DNA of 63,410 bases, filler included, from Bigelowiella natans CCMP2755 (taxonomy: Eukaryota; Protista; Cercozoa), in assembly GCA_000320545.1 (NCBI GenBank). It is 8 parts of 8 records of this genome, joined end to end, with 100 filler letters (N's around TTAATTAATTAA, not from the genome) between each part and the next. Parts side by side here need not be neighbours in the genome. Positions count along the whole stretch, not along the records: positions 26,126 to 54,435 come from ADNK01002311.1; 7 more parts are not named here. The stretch is one strand, 5' to 3'. Below, one piece after another: positions 27,094 to 40,415 of the stretch (position 1 is its first letter; each line of letters begins with the position of its first letter). The notes beneath the pieces were generated by a model, which was given only the letters and a program-made list of their open reading frames with translations, was not told where the DNA came from and made no database searches. A program made the position numbers and the translations under genes.

Positions 27094-27845
27094 CGCGTGC
27101 AAATGATCAAAAAGATAAAGGGTCATGCTTATCAATTTCCAAAAATAAAAACAAAAAACGTATTGCTTTGCTGATCATTTTGGATCTATGTCGTGTGACA
27201 ACGACATGCGAATACGAGACGACGATCATAGCGTTGATGCGCCGTTAACGCTACCCCTGATTTCTTTGTATTTAGAATTTTTCATATTCAGTGAATGAGG
27301 AAATGAGAACTGATTTGCAACTTTGTGACGTAGGTTCTGGATGTCTTATTCCGTGAGGTTGGAATCATAGGTTTATTCTCCGATTTCCCTGCCTCCGTCA
27401 GCACATTTGTGAATTGTGTTCTAGACAAATGAATGGTGAGATGATTTAGCACGGCTAGACGGCAGCAAATCAAATGTTTGCATGGCTAGATGGGATCATG
27501 ATCATCTAGGCGCATGCATGACTAAATAGCTGTCGGTACAACATTGTGCTGGACCGTGCTAGCACGCACGTGCTACATGCATTCTGGATGCGGAAGTGAT
27601 GGCAACAATGCACGTGGTGACGAATGTGCGGCAATTCCACCTGCACAAGTGCACGCCTTGAAGTGTGATTGAAGAGTCAAGTGATTTCAACATGCATGCT
27701 AGCACGTCAACGTAACATTGAAACCCAGCTAGCCAGTGCTGGAACACGTGTGTGGTGAACGCACATCGACCAGTGCCATGGGGTGCCTTCGATCGACAGC
27801 TGAGCTGTGCATGGATGACTGATGCCAGTGCTGTCTAGCTAGCTA

Positions 27846-28473
27846 GCTGTGCATGATTGTTGTGCATTTGAGTTTCAAGTGTTTGTTTTTTTCAATGAAC
27901 TCAGCCGCTGTGGCAATTGTGCTGTTGCTGCATGGGATTGCACGTGGTGAGCCGCACAGATGCGTCACTTGACCACAACCAGCCACAACTAGCTGGTGGC
28001 TGCAGCGTTGGGCACCCAAGAGTGAGAGCAACCAGTCCAGCAGTCCGGCCAGCTGGCATGCAGTTCCACGCGTCCAACGAACCAGGTCACCAAGACAAAG
28101 TGAAGGGGGTGAATGATCACTTTCTCGTTCCACCGAACAAATCCACATGATGAAACATGAATGAATGAATGAGTGAACAAAGCGGTTCCTCAGGAGCACC
28201 CCTTGCTAGCTTGGATGTGGGGTCACAAGCCACGCCAACTCGTGAATGAAGCACGTCACCACGCACAATGCCGAAATGACAGAGCGGCATGCAATTTGTC
28301 GTGACGCTCATCAAAGTGCGGACCGAATGCAGACTGCGAGCACCGCATGTTGTGTTTGTGCCGTCCCGCATGAAGTCCGGCGATTGTTGCCCGGCAAACA
28401 GCAGCAGCGGAGAAGCTGCCGCCTGCTTTGACAAGCTCCGACATCAGACTCATCTCCGACCCAGCCCAATGTT
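27846..28473. other. TpA-depleted tract
   Basis: Only two TpA in about 630 nt (27990 and 28207), both in CTAG. CpG is retained. Confidence 0.85.
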
Positions 28474-28589
28474 TACAAACTGCGACAAGAATCTCTCCAG
28501 TTTCAGAGGATAAATGTCCTGCGTTTTGCAAGCCGAAATTCTATTTGCTGAGTTGAGAAAAAAGAGAAAAATCTCGACAAAAACACAGG

Positions 28590-30862
28590 ATGGCCGACGA
28601 GCTTGTCTGGGAGGTGGGCGTTTTGTTGCTTGCCCGCCTGAAGCGATAGATCCATTCGAGGGATGTTCGATTGGCATCCGTTTTCAGGAGGCTATTACCC
28701 TTTTCGAGACGGATCGAATTGAACTGTTCATTATACAAATATTATGCTGTTACTTACGTTAACTTACGTTTCCATTGTCCACATGTCCATCACAAAACTA
28801 GTAGTGAATTTAACAGAATGTCTGCTCACTAGGCCGTACACCTGAATGTTTATGGTGTGAGGACGAAGACAACCGTCTATCTCACACAAACAACTCTGGA
28901 GGTAGGGATAAACGAGTAAGAATGAAATTCATTGTATCTGTGATACAATGTAGCAGTAATCATGCAATTTGAAAACAGGTTGAAGCAAAGAGGAAATCAT
29001 TTGAGATTGTACAGCTGAGTTTGGAGTCGATCGATGGACAGAGTGTACGAATTTCGTCTGCAAGTGAGTTGCAAATTTATCTTTTGAACAACTGATTTAA
29101 GCGGAAGCGTAATTATTAGGTGAGAAGAAGGATTTTACGCTGCAATTTTACTCTCCAAATGACGCACGGTCCTTTCAGAAAGTGTTCACAAGACATTTTA
29201 AGCGGTTGAGTATGGAAAGCTTGCACGCACTGAGTACGAGTCATATCTTTTTTAAAGTTGGAGAGGAACGTAAATCACTATTAATCTGTTAATATGCATC
29301 GAAGGCAAAGACCTTCTTGCTGGAGCTTATGAAAGGCCTTCAATAGAATCCCAGACAATGCCTATGCCGCAGGCAGCTCCTGTAAGAATCCGAAGGGCAC
29401 GCTCACGAAGTGTTACATTTGGTGATTCTGTCCTTCGTTCAGATATTGACCAAGCTCTGAAAGGGTATGTATTTTCACATAAATATGATGAAACTTGCAA
29501 AAAGAGGTTACTATTTTTTTATCCTTTATGTAGGCACGACACAAATGAAGAAAATGAAGAAGATGAAAGTGAAGATAAAAATGACAAAAAAAGTTTTACA
29601 AGAGTATCAAGCGCAATTTTAAGCTCCCTTGATACGAGCGCAACCAAGGGAATTGATGGCACTCCTTTTCAGAGTCCAATGAACTCAAGGAAGATCAATA
29701 GACAGGTGGAAACATTACTCTTGAGTACTAAATAGTATCGTGTTGCTGTATATTCAATAGTTATTTCAATCTTCGTAAACAACCAGAGCAATGTCGGCTT
29801 ACTAACCGAATCGTACGTTGGGAGTAGATCTTCAAACCTCCTTATTTCAAGAAGCACTGATGAGGTACGAAAACTTTTGAGCAATATAATAAATAGGGAT
29901 AGAAATTACAAATACTATAGAAATTACAAATGCTAATTTTTCCAAATTTTTAAGTATTTGTACAAGAGAAATTACTTGGTATCTGACCCTCTTGTCCGCT
30001 ATTTTAGAAGGAAGAAGGTGAAGAATACGATTCATCGCTAGCTGTGACAATTACTGGTGTGAGGTAAAGCACGTTGTCTTTGAAGATGGGAATGAGCTGT
30101 ATAGTTTGATGTCTACACAGGTTAGGGAAAGATAACACCATGTCGTATCGACGAGTCATGGTTATATGTGCTCTTCACGACCCCAATGGGAAACAAAAGG
30201 TTATGAGTTCTGATTACTTTTAGTCTTTTAGTACCTCTCTAAAGCGATTTATTCCATGCTAGTCTGTAATCCAAAAAACATACGCGTTAAGTGGAAAAAG
30301 CCCTTTCGCATATGATGACAAAGCTAGTACATTTACAAAATGGGATCCACTGCCTGTCCCAGGAGATTATCTGATGTGAGTTGCTTCTCGTTCATATTTC
30401 ATTGATACTGAAGAATCTTTTCGTAGTTTCTACGTTCTGGTGGACTCGAAGAGAATCTGCAAAACTAACTTGAAACTTGGAAGGGACATTCAAATAGGCA
30501 CAGAATTCTTCAGATGGTTCCCATTTACGCCCACAAGAATTTTCCGTGGCAGGTAATCTACTACATCCTCCTTAGTTATGTGCATTTTTTATTAAACAGA
30601 ATTTGCAGGTTGATTCACAGGAGGCGAAAGGATTTCTGTGTATTCGTATAAACTTTGAGACGACAGCGCCATTTGCTTTTAGAACGGACTATCAGGTATT
30701 TTTCCACCTTAAAAATTAAGAAGTTTATAAATGAAATATTTTGGAATACAGAATGGTCATACTTTGCGATTCGAGGTTGAAGAAACTCAAGATGATAAAA
30801 TGGTAGCGATGCTCCCTGTGGAAGATATGAAGAAACAAATGAATTGTTGCTGCATAAGTTGA
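28590..30862 (+). CDS. Uncharacterised multi-exon protein ending in a CAAX motif
   Basis: Short GT-AG introns join MADELVWE, AVHLNVYGVRTKTTVYLTQTTLE, VEAKRKSFEIVQLSLES... and ..KWDPLPVPGDYLI|FYVLVDSKRICK..|NGHTLRFEVEE..KKQMNCCCIS*. Confidence 0.65.
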
Positions 30863-31598
30863 ATGCTCGACGACTATCGCCTCAGTTTTGATGCAAATCT
30901 TAGAAAAACGTGCAAAATTAAACTATCCGTGAATGCTATACTAATATTTACAAATTGTCGTATTTGTGCCTTTGATTTCTGACTTTACACGTATGTATGG
31001 GAGGAGCAATAGCCTTCGAAAGTGTATGCTTTTCATTTGTCACCATGCCGCCACTACATCGCTGCACTACACAATGCATGCTGTGCATCTCTCTAGCTAG
31101 CTCTGTGTCTACAACAACAATGGATCGACATCATGACATACACACATCTGACATTTTCATTCATGCTCATCCAAGCGTGCTAGCTAGCTAGTAATTAGCA
31201 CACCCACTGAGCTAGTGGGCAAGATTATGCGCATCATGCTATAGCATGGTTTCTGGCTTTTACATGTAGCATGCTAGCATGATGTGAATGCTAAAAAAAA
31301 AAAAAACATTTCATTTAGATGACTCCTGTTCACTCTATCGATATTTTATAATTTTTTGCGACTAATTCCTAATAGCACAACATGCTGCATGATTGAATGG
31401 AATTCAGACACATGTGAGCAGTAGCATTGGCTCCAAGCCCCATAATTCTATTAATTAAGACATTTTTTTTACTTTCACACAAACGCCCAGAACGGCGTGC
31501 AATAGTCGACATAATGAAGTGTATGTAATTCTCTTTCACAGCTTTGGTAAGGTGCTATGAAGACGCTAATTTCCTCTTAGTCCTTAGTTGGGACTGCA

Positions 31599-34500
31599 TC
31601 ACCAGAATGGAACTATTCCGGCCTGAACCACCTACAAAACCCATTAACACCAATGAAACGGTTCTAAAATCATCGCCGGCACGCATGGCAGAGCATCAAC
31701 ATCATCCAGTAACTACTAGCACTTGTTTATGATCCGTATATCACCCGGGTTCGAAGGTATGAATGGACGGCTTCCCTGACTCTGGAACTGCACAATTTAC
31801 CTGTTGGAGGGAAGGGATTCGGGTTTCAGTAAATTGCGAAGAAGGAAGAGGAGGAGGCCGTACCATCGAGAAAAATCAAAGTAAGTTTTTAATAAATGTA
31901 TTTCCAATGCTCCTCCTCCATATGTTTCCATCACTTATAATTCACATTTTTCGATATCACCATCACACACACCACCCCCTCCCTCTTTCCCCAATAAAAG
32001 TGAATGTTGGTGACATGTATTACGATTCTGCCGAAGAATGGAATGGAACGTAGCATGGACATGGGGTCCAAATCGCTTGTGCTGCCAGCATGCAGAAAGA
32101 TAGGATTAATGCGAGAGCGGAGATGCGCACTTATCATGGTAATGATAGGTAGCATTAACACATCGACAAGATAACGATTACAAACGAATACAAAGCACCC
32201 ACCCGTCAGTAAGCTTCTTTTCTGCTGCCGCTATTTCCTTCATTAATACCTACGAAATGGGCAGAATCACCATCGATCAGTACCAACCAACAGGAAGAGA
32301 ACTCGCTCGATCGAGGAGATATAAGATATTTGGTATTAAAAAAGAAACAGATATTCCAGAAATGACAGTGCGACCTCCCCAGTAAAATGATTATACCCCC
32401 TACCCGATTCATCAGCTTTAACGTTTACTGTTTTCATTCACCTACCTCAGAAAGCTCATCGACCATTGCTTCGGGGACCTTGCCGTTATTTCCGTTTTTC
32501 TCGTCCGTACGTTCTAATGTCACCCCACCACTCATCTGCTGTCCATTGCTCTTTGTCTCGATTTTCTCCGCGTTTTTCCCACGACCATCCGGAACCACCT
32601 ATCAAACAACCGACCGTGGTTGAATTATTAGCATATCGAACACACACACACACACACATATTATATTTAGATCGCGCGTCTATTTTTCTGGAGGCCTACC
32701 CCAATATGAGGATCTTTGACCCACTTGCCGCTTTCCACAACCTGAGCAGTCGGCGTAAGATAGATTAGATACAAACGGGTGAATAATAGCATAGAGAGCC
32801 AGAAACAATCTGAGTCTCACTGAGTGGAGAGGCGTATCGTACCTTCCAAGCAGAATTCGCGAGCCATGGAACAGTGCTGTCGTCTTGGTTGTAAACACCG
32901 CACTTTGTAGTTCCTAATGATCAAGGAGTCACGTCACGTCAGACCGCATCATGTCATGGCATATCACAACTTGCGAATGGACTAATTCGTTTCATTCCTT
33001 CATCTCTCCCACCACTCAATGACATGTTTTGTGCACGTTGTGGTAGAATCCCATTTGTCCTTCTCTTCCTCCCCTTTCCCTTCATCATCACCTTTATCTT
33101 TTTCTCGTCCAATACACCAACCCAACTCGCAGAACCATATACACTGCGTGCCGCTCTAATATGGCAGGGTGGAACAATATTAGTACATTTGTGTGAGAGA
33201 ATGTGTCGGGTGTATTTGTGATCGGGAGTACTTCTGTATTCATGTAATATTCTACAATCTATTCCCCTCCTTTCTCCCCGCATATTCCCTCTCTCCCTCT
33301 CTCTCTCCCTCCCTCCCTCCCTCCCTCCCTCTCTCCCACCTTCTTCTGATACACAGGACGATTATGGTATTTAGTTTTGGAGAAGTAGGGCAACTTCAGC
33401 ACATCCTGATATTTATCATCGCCGTTGCATCGCAACGCAAACAAAACGAACAAACGTACGAATGGACAAAAATGTCAGGAAGAAAAATGAGCGTCATTAA
33501 ACCAAACGCAGAACTCGAATTTTAAGAAGCATAACATCGAATATTTCGCATTCACATATTCAAAGAACTATTCTATCCCAGCCATCCCCCCTCATTTCCC
33601 CAGCGCGCGCATCCCCCTTCCTCATCTCTCACCTGCCTGAGGACATACTCGCCATTCCAACCGCTTTGCGGACCAGAACACCTGTGCGCGTACGTGCCAA
33701 CAAGTTGCTGCTACGTCCATGACTATATTGAGTGCATTTTCATGCTCCTACAACTACCAATCTCACCGATGGTGCTTCAAATATTAACACACACACACAC
33801 GCACGCACACGCACACGTACATACGCATATGCAAGCATGTACACTCACCCGGTCACTTTCATATCCGAGTATGGCACTAACTTAATTCCGGGGTCCTGTG
33901 GTAGTAGCAGTAGTAGAAAGGGAAGGAAGAGGAGGAGCAGGAAGGGGTGGGATATCAGATTCTATCGACAACTGAAATACCAGATGGGGGAAATAAGGGA
34001 GCCGTGGAAGAGGGGGGGGGAGGGGGGGGGAGAACCTCAGCCCAGAACGGCTGCGCTCCTGCCCGAACAACTTTCCAAGTCGTGTCCACCAACCAAGGAA
34101 CCTATTCATGGGATGATGATCATAATGGTAATGATCATTATGTGCGAATACGGTGTTCGTGGTAGAACGACAGACAGACTGGCTGCTACTATGCTATCCT
34201 TCACCACGTTATCTCTCTCTCTCTCTCTCCCTCCCTCCCTCTCTTCCATTTCCGCACATTCATTCTCAACATCAATTCGGGGATGCGCTAGTTTAGGCGA
34301 AGAAGAGAGGACGACGCAGAGAGGGGGGGGGGTTAAGGGGGGAATTGGGGAAATGTCATATTATTACCATTCCCATTTCGTCGCTGGCCGCGTAGCATTT
34401 CTTCGATCCAAGATCAGTCTCGAGCCCAATACACCAGCCCTGGAAGGAGCATAGGCAGGAAACGGAATGAAGCACAGTATATGAAGTATATATGAAGTAG

Positions 34501-36430
34501 TGCCTTTCATGCGATACGTGGTTATGGCCAATATAACGGCATCTTCATGCCAAAAAACAGATCTGTTTGTTGAGTATATCCCCCTTTCATTTCTCTATTC
34601 GTTAGAGGATGCTGTGGAGATAAGGAAGAGGGAAAGCTGTGTTGTAATCATCATTGTCGATTGTTACCAAGTCGCAGCACCAGATACAATGTGGGGAGTT
34701 GGGCTTCTTGTAGACCGGTCGATTCATGTACTGCGGGGCAAAAAATGGCGGTTAGATTAGCTCTATCTGAATCTGAATGTGGCAATTTTCAGAGTAGGAG
34801 AGTAGAAAATACTCCCAGGAGAAAACATGATTCTCAGTCCTGAGGCAAAAGAAACGCGAAAACCAAATAGAAGGGACCCCCTCCCCCCTTCCCCTCCTTT
34901 ACACACCTTGCTGCGAGCAAAAGCAGGCAATAGAAGTAGATCCTGTCGCAGCTCATACCGCCTGCATGATGACAAATTGATGGTGAGATAATGGTCAAGG
35001 GCATTTACTTCCATCCCTTCCAGCATTGTGTTTTCACTGACCCGTTGAGGATGGCGTTGTGGCCGTTGGCCCCGATGACCAGAACGTCCAGTTTCGGAGC
35101 AACTTTTACGTTCGGCTCGCTTTGCACGCTACCGCCGATCTTTAGCTTCCATTCGGTCTCAGACAGCCAGAGCTAGGAAGGGGAGGAGGAAGATGAAGCA
35201 CATGTTTTAATACGGTGCGCGTGTGTAGTGTGTGGAAAAATGTTGTTTACAGTCATCACTATTAGTCATTTACATAAGTTTCAATACGAGTGTGAGTGCA
35301 ATACGTATCTTTTCTAAGACCATACCTTCCGTCCTGTGTGTTCATTGTGTGCCATTGCTATGGTGCTTCCCAGATGTTCCTGAGTTACATATCAAAACAT
35401 GGATCAGTGATGTCTTTCGATGCATGATGATACGCTAAATCGCCGGATGAGACACCACACAGGCATCTACTCCAATTTGAAGGTTAGTGATGGAAAAGAA
35501 TTCGAATTTTCCAAAGAAAGGGAATAAGATTGACAAAAATTATATTATCGATGGGATAAGTAAGTGGTACCTTTGGGCCTACGCACCATCCATTTTTGAA
35601 CCAAATGCACATCTCACCGTTGATCTGAGGATCGCAACCCAGAAAGGCGTGATGATGATGATGATGATTATGATGATGATGATGATGAGAGTAACCAAAA
35701 GAACCAATTTACACTACGCCATCGCACATATTAATGTACAACATAGGACACACGAACCCATTATCCTTGTGTATGCTAGGCAAATGTATTTCGACTTCAT
35801 TCTCATACCTTTTTGTAAACAGGCCGGTTGGCAATCCAGTCACGAGTCTGCTCATACTCCCCATTCAAATCGCCCTGCACGATAGTAGAATAAAATTTTT
35901 AGATAAAAGCTGAGTTCTCTAAACTAGCTGGCACGAGCTTGTCGTAATACTACCTTCTGTGGGCAGAAACCCGAAATGACGATTGCGTGTGCCTTTTCCA
36001 TCTCAAACACGATCTCACGGTCCTCCTCATCCCGCTGTTCAGTAAAGCAAATATCATGACTTTGACACGATTGAGAAAGCAAGAAAAGTGTTTTTCCTTT
36101 TCGCTGTCTAGCTACAGCTAGATAATCATCCATACAGCTGCTGCGAAACCCATCCCACCCATCCCACTCACGTTTGAAATGAGCCCGCTCTTCAAATCAT
36201 TATCCTCCTCCATAAGCATGGTGGTCGGCTTTCTCTTGACAGTGTCAACACCTCTGAGAGCAAGAAATTCAGCGTTAATGGGGGTTTGGTTGAAGGGGAA
36301 GGGGGGGTATTTGTACCCGTGTACCGCTTTGTGAGCAATTCCAGGACAAACACAGCGCTATTGGAAACGGATAAATGTTTAAATAGATGACTTTTGAATA
36401 TTGCGACAATATTTCTTTCATCATTTCTGA
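31599..36430 (-). CDS. Multi-exon protein with three tandem ~100-aa repeats (NG.Y...NRPVY.K...CIW...WC.G)
   Basis: Repeat 1 GDLNGEYEQTRDWIANRPVYKK|INGEMCIWFKNGWCVG. Repeat 2 ILNG|RYELRQDLLLLPAFARSK|YMNRPVYKKPNSPHCIWCCDL|GWCIG. Repeat 3 WNGEYVLR|DVLKLPYFSKTKYHNRPVYQKK|SGTQCIWFCELG. Both ends are uncertain. Confidence 0.7.
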
Positions 36431-36494
36431 AAACATGCACGGGACACCGTCTCGTTGATTGAAAGCTCTCCGGAGACACAACACTCTTTTTATA

Positions 36495-37309
36495 TTCATC
36501 GACCCCTTTTCTGAAAGGAAAATGCCCAGAATCTTTGTCACACCTCCACAGTGCCCTTTGAAGATGCAAGGCTTCTTTTCTGGGAGCTTGTGCGGATTGC
36601 TGAAAGAAATTTGGGAGCACAACCACATGAAATCATGTGTGGGTTTTTTCCTGCGACGTGCTCCTTTGCATGTCGCAGAAAATCATTTCTTCGGCTCATA
36701 CGTCATGGTTTTCGATCTCATCGTTGAGCTGGATGGCTTGTTCGGGGGAGCACGTCTGAGTCCACATCACACTGCACTGATCCACGTCATTCCAAAAGCA
36801 AAAAAATCGTCATGGTTTTGGATCTCGAACCTTGGATTTGTCGGGTTCATGCTTTTGATCTTTTGATGCACGGGCAGGGGGCACGCTAGCACGCTGGCAC
36901 TGCAAGCGCGACAAACGAGACACCACCGCCTGGCCGTGCTTGTGGGTGCTGTGCAGCTGCTGGCGAATTGACAGCCACTGGCATTGCACAATTGTCATGG
37001 ATGTGCACAGTGTGCATTGCACATGGCACCACGTGCACTGCACGCGTGCGGTGTGTCCGATCCACTGGGCCATCGCTAGATCGCATCGATCCCACCTGGC
37101 CACGCTGTGCGTGCAGCTGTGGCACGCTAGCACGCGTGCATGACTCTGGGACTCACACCAGAACGCCAATGTTGTGCTGCCGTTTTGTCACAATGCGTCG
37201 TGCAGCTTGCATCGTGATTGAAAGTGCCGTGCGCGCACGTCTGGGCGTGCGGGCATGCACGCACACAGGTCTCCAGTTGTCGCAGTTTTGAGGCATGAAA
37301 GGCCTTGCA
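36495..37309. other. TpA-depleted tract
   Basis: Four TpA in about 815 nt (36699, 36887, 37077, 37128), three of them in GCTAG. Confidence 0.85.
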
Positions 37310-37954
37310 TACTTGTGCATCTTCATTCCTTGTGTGCTTTATTTTTCTCGCCCGATACGTGCCCAGCGAATGACATTTTTCCTTTTCTCAAACCGCAACA
37401 AATCAGCGGGTCCATGGAGCCTGCGTTCCGGTGTGGAGACATTCTGTTTCTCATGGGGGAGGGTACGGGTCCCCTCAAGGCGGGCGATGTCGTAGTTTTC
37501 AAAGTTAAAGAGAGGGACATACCGATCGTGCATGGAGTCATGGAAATACACGTGAAGTATATAAGTAAGAAATAACATATCACTTTGTCAACATCATTAC
37601 TGCCTTTACCATCATCTTGAGCGTCTTCGTTGTGTCGTTTCTACCGTCGTCATCCACATCGCCCAGCACGTTGCCATTATTTTACCGCTCGTCTCATGTT
37701 CTCTCACTCTCAGACCGAACGGAAAATCGAGGATACTGACAAAGGGAGACAATAACCCCGTGGATGATAGAGGTCTCTATCATGCCATTACCGGGCAGCT
37801 GTGGTTGTCACAGTCAGATGTAATAGGCCGAGCAATGGGATATTTACCGTACGTCGGAATGGTGACGATCGCCCTCACAGACTACCCTTATCTTAAGGAC
37901 CTGCTGGTTGGCCTCATATGCCTCTTTGTTCTCACGGGCAGGGAGGAAGAGTGA
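37269..37954 (+). pseudogene. SEC11: Signal peptidase complex catalytic subunit SEC11, 5'-truncated or degenerate copy
   Basis: SPVVAVLS|GSMEPAFRCGDILFL..DIPIVHGV..|ILTKGDNNPVDDRGLY..GRAMGYLPYVGMVTI. No N-terminal exon found. Conserved VVVL>VAVL, RGD>CGD and HRV>HGV are altered, and the first donor is GCA instead of GTA. Family call is confident; pseudogene status is inferred. Confidence 0.75.
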
Positions 37955-38687
37955 TATGTAGATTGAGGAATGAAGGAGGAGGGAGCAATGGAATGAAAGG
38001 AAACCCCATGCGGATAATGTATCGGTTTTTGGTTTTCTTCACCGACAAGAAACTTCTGCGCGTGTGCATCATTGCTGGCTGATATTGCTATCTGGACGAA
38101 AAATTAATACCGCCAGAGTTGCTTGATAAGCTGAGCAAGAGCAAAAGGATGATGATAATTACGGTTAGTGAGGACGACTGATGCAGTTCATTGTTATAAT
38201 CTATTACAACGCATTGCTTTCATAAGTCATGCGCATTTTTATATCTAGCTATAGACATCTAGATATATGTGCGTGACCCAACATGCCCTGCTGTAACAGT
38301 ACAACGTGTATCGTTGGTGCACGCATGCGGCTTGCCAAGTGATATGGCAAAGATAAGGTATACGAACATCATTAACCCATTTGCATATGCATAGCTTTAA
38401 TCGCCATGATGCTGTGATGTAATATCCTGATCGACCAAAGCAGACATGCGCGCTCTACAATGCATTTTACTCTGCTATGACTGCGTCTATTGTCTCTAGA
38501 TCTTGAGACACAAATAGATATAACATAAAACTGCTGTAGCCACTGCTTTGAATAACTACGTTAAGATGACTATTGAAAAGATTTAATCACTTAATTACAT
38601 CGTCTCATAGTCTTGTGAGCTCTTTTCTAGCAAGTAGTAGAATATTGTTTATATCCAGATTCTAGAGCGATTAGATATCAATTAGAA

Positions 38688-40415
38688 TTATGCTTTTGGA
38701 ATTATGTTGTCATTCATCCTGAATATGTTCTCTGGATCATACTGTTTTTTAATGCGTTGAAGTTTGGCTAAGTTCTTCCCATATACGTTTCGTTTTGACA
38801 AGCCTGTCGCCATCTCACACATCCCCTTTTCTAGCTCGGCTTCTCGATATTTATCGAGGTCCTCGTCTGTCAAATTTTTCGTGTCGTCCTCAGTCTTTGC
38901 ATTTTCTTCCTCAACTTTTGAAACTTCTCCTTTGCTTTCTTCCTCTTTACCCCCTTCTGCATGCACTCCAACTTCACCCAGTACTGCGTAATGGCCCTTG
39001 GCGAAAGGCGTTAGTAGTTCCTTCACCTTTCTTACCCATGCAACGCTTTTACGGCGATTTTGAATATAATAGTCAGTACGAGGTTGCCCTTTCCATGACC
39101 CAATCACAATTATCCAGAAGCCTACATCTCTGTGAGGGTTTGCCGTGTCGGTTTCGTTCTTATCGGATACTGCACCACCCATCGGGGCGACCATTATGAC
39201 GCATGAGCTGTTTGCATAGTATTCAAAGCTTCCAGAAACAAGCGCATCAAGAGTTTCAGCAAGTTTTGGAGACATTTTCGGCAAAAGGATGCCTGTCATA
39301 TAATAGTTGCCCTTTTCATCAGGGGCAAACTTTTGTATCTCATTGTGATAGGAGCGAGGTTTCATGTTGTCTGAGATAGGCCAACCAATCTCCTTCCTGT
39401 GCTTGGCGAAGTACTTCTTCCCCACTTCGGGATCATCCACATAGAGCAGCATTTCCACAACCGGGCCGGCGCATGGCAGCACAAGTAAACCACCTGCTTT
39501 GTTATCCTTCGATTCAACGGTCACTGAAGCGAATTTCTGAATAAGGAAACTCCTATTTTTGAACCATCCTCCGAGGGGCATGTGTACCCTCTGTCCAGCA
39601 AAGATCTTCGGTGGAATGGGATGCAGACGTAGACGAAACCGAGTCACAACACCAAAGTTTCCCCCTCCCCCTTTGATAGCCCAAAACAAGTCCGAGTTGG
39701 TCTTTTCATCAGCAGTGATAAGGTTTCCATCAGGTGTGACCACGTCTACTTCGAGAAGGTTGTCGATTGCCAAGCCGAAGACTCTCTCCAAAAAACCATG
39801 CCCTCCTTGTATAATTAGCCCCCCGCAACCGGTGGAACCAACATGACCCGCCGTTGTTGCAAGATTGTACGGCGCAGTAGCTTCGTCAATATCACGCTGC
39901 AGACTACCGCCTGGCACGTCTACGTACTTTTCTTCGGGATTCACTTTCACCCCTCTCATCAGGGATAGATCGATGACGAAGGAATCAGACTTCAAAGATT
40001 GATGAGAATGTCTACCACATGCAATGCATAAAGGTATAGCTTGCTTCTTGTCACCAGGAGAAAAACAGTGTTTACGGTAGAACTTAAGACATTCTGAGAC
40101 GTCATTGGGCGTCGAGCACAATGCTATTGCAGAAGGATAGCCCATTGCATCTATATTCCATGTTTTCGTACCTTTTTTACCTTTTAATTAACCATCACCA
40201 CATAACTCAGGTCAAATACGCCAATATAAACGGATTACAGCACATGAATTACCGATGACACGCGCTTCATTGTATCCTTCCGGATCATCTGTAGGTGTTA
40301 AGAGATTCCCTTTCAATGCGGCTTTCAGTTGCTTCACTTCCTGATCACTAGCTGGAAGTGATACAGGATAATGAGGCGGTTGGACAGCCCATGGGTTGCT
40401 TAAACAGGCTCCCAT
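38688..40415 (-). CDS. FAD-linked oxidoreductase (FAD_binding_4 + BBE domain), 2 exons
   Basis: Exon 1 MGACLSNP..PEGYNEARVI. Exon 2 WNIDAMGYPSAIA..GRHS..VIDLSLM..GLAIDNLLEVDVV..DLFWAIKGGGGNFGVVTRF..YGKNLAKLQRIKKQYDPENIFR. Confidence 0.93.
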
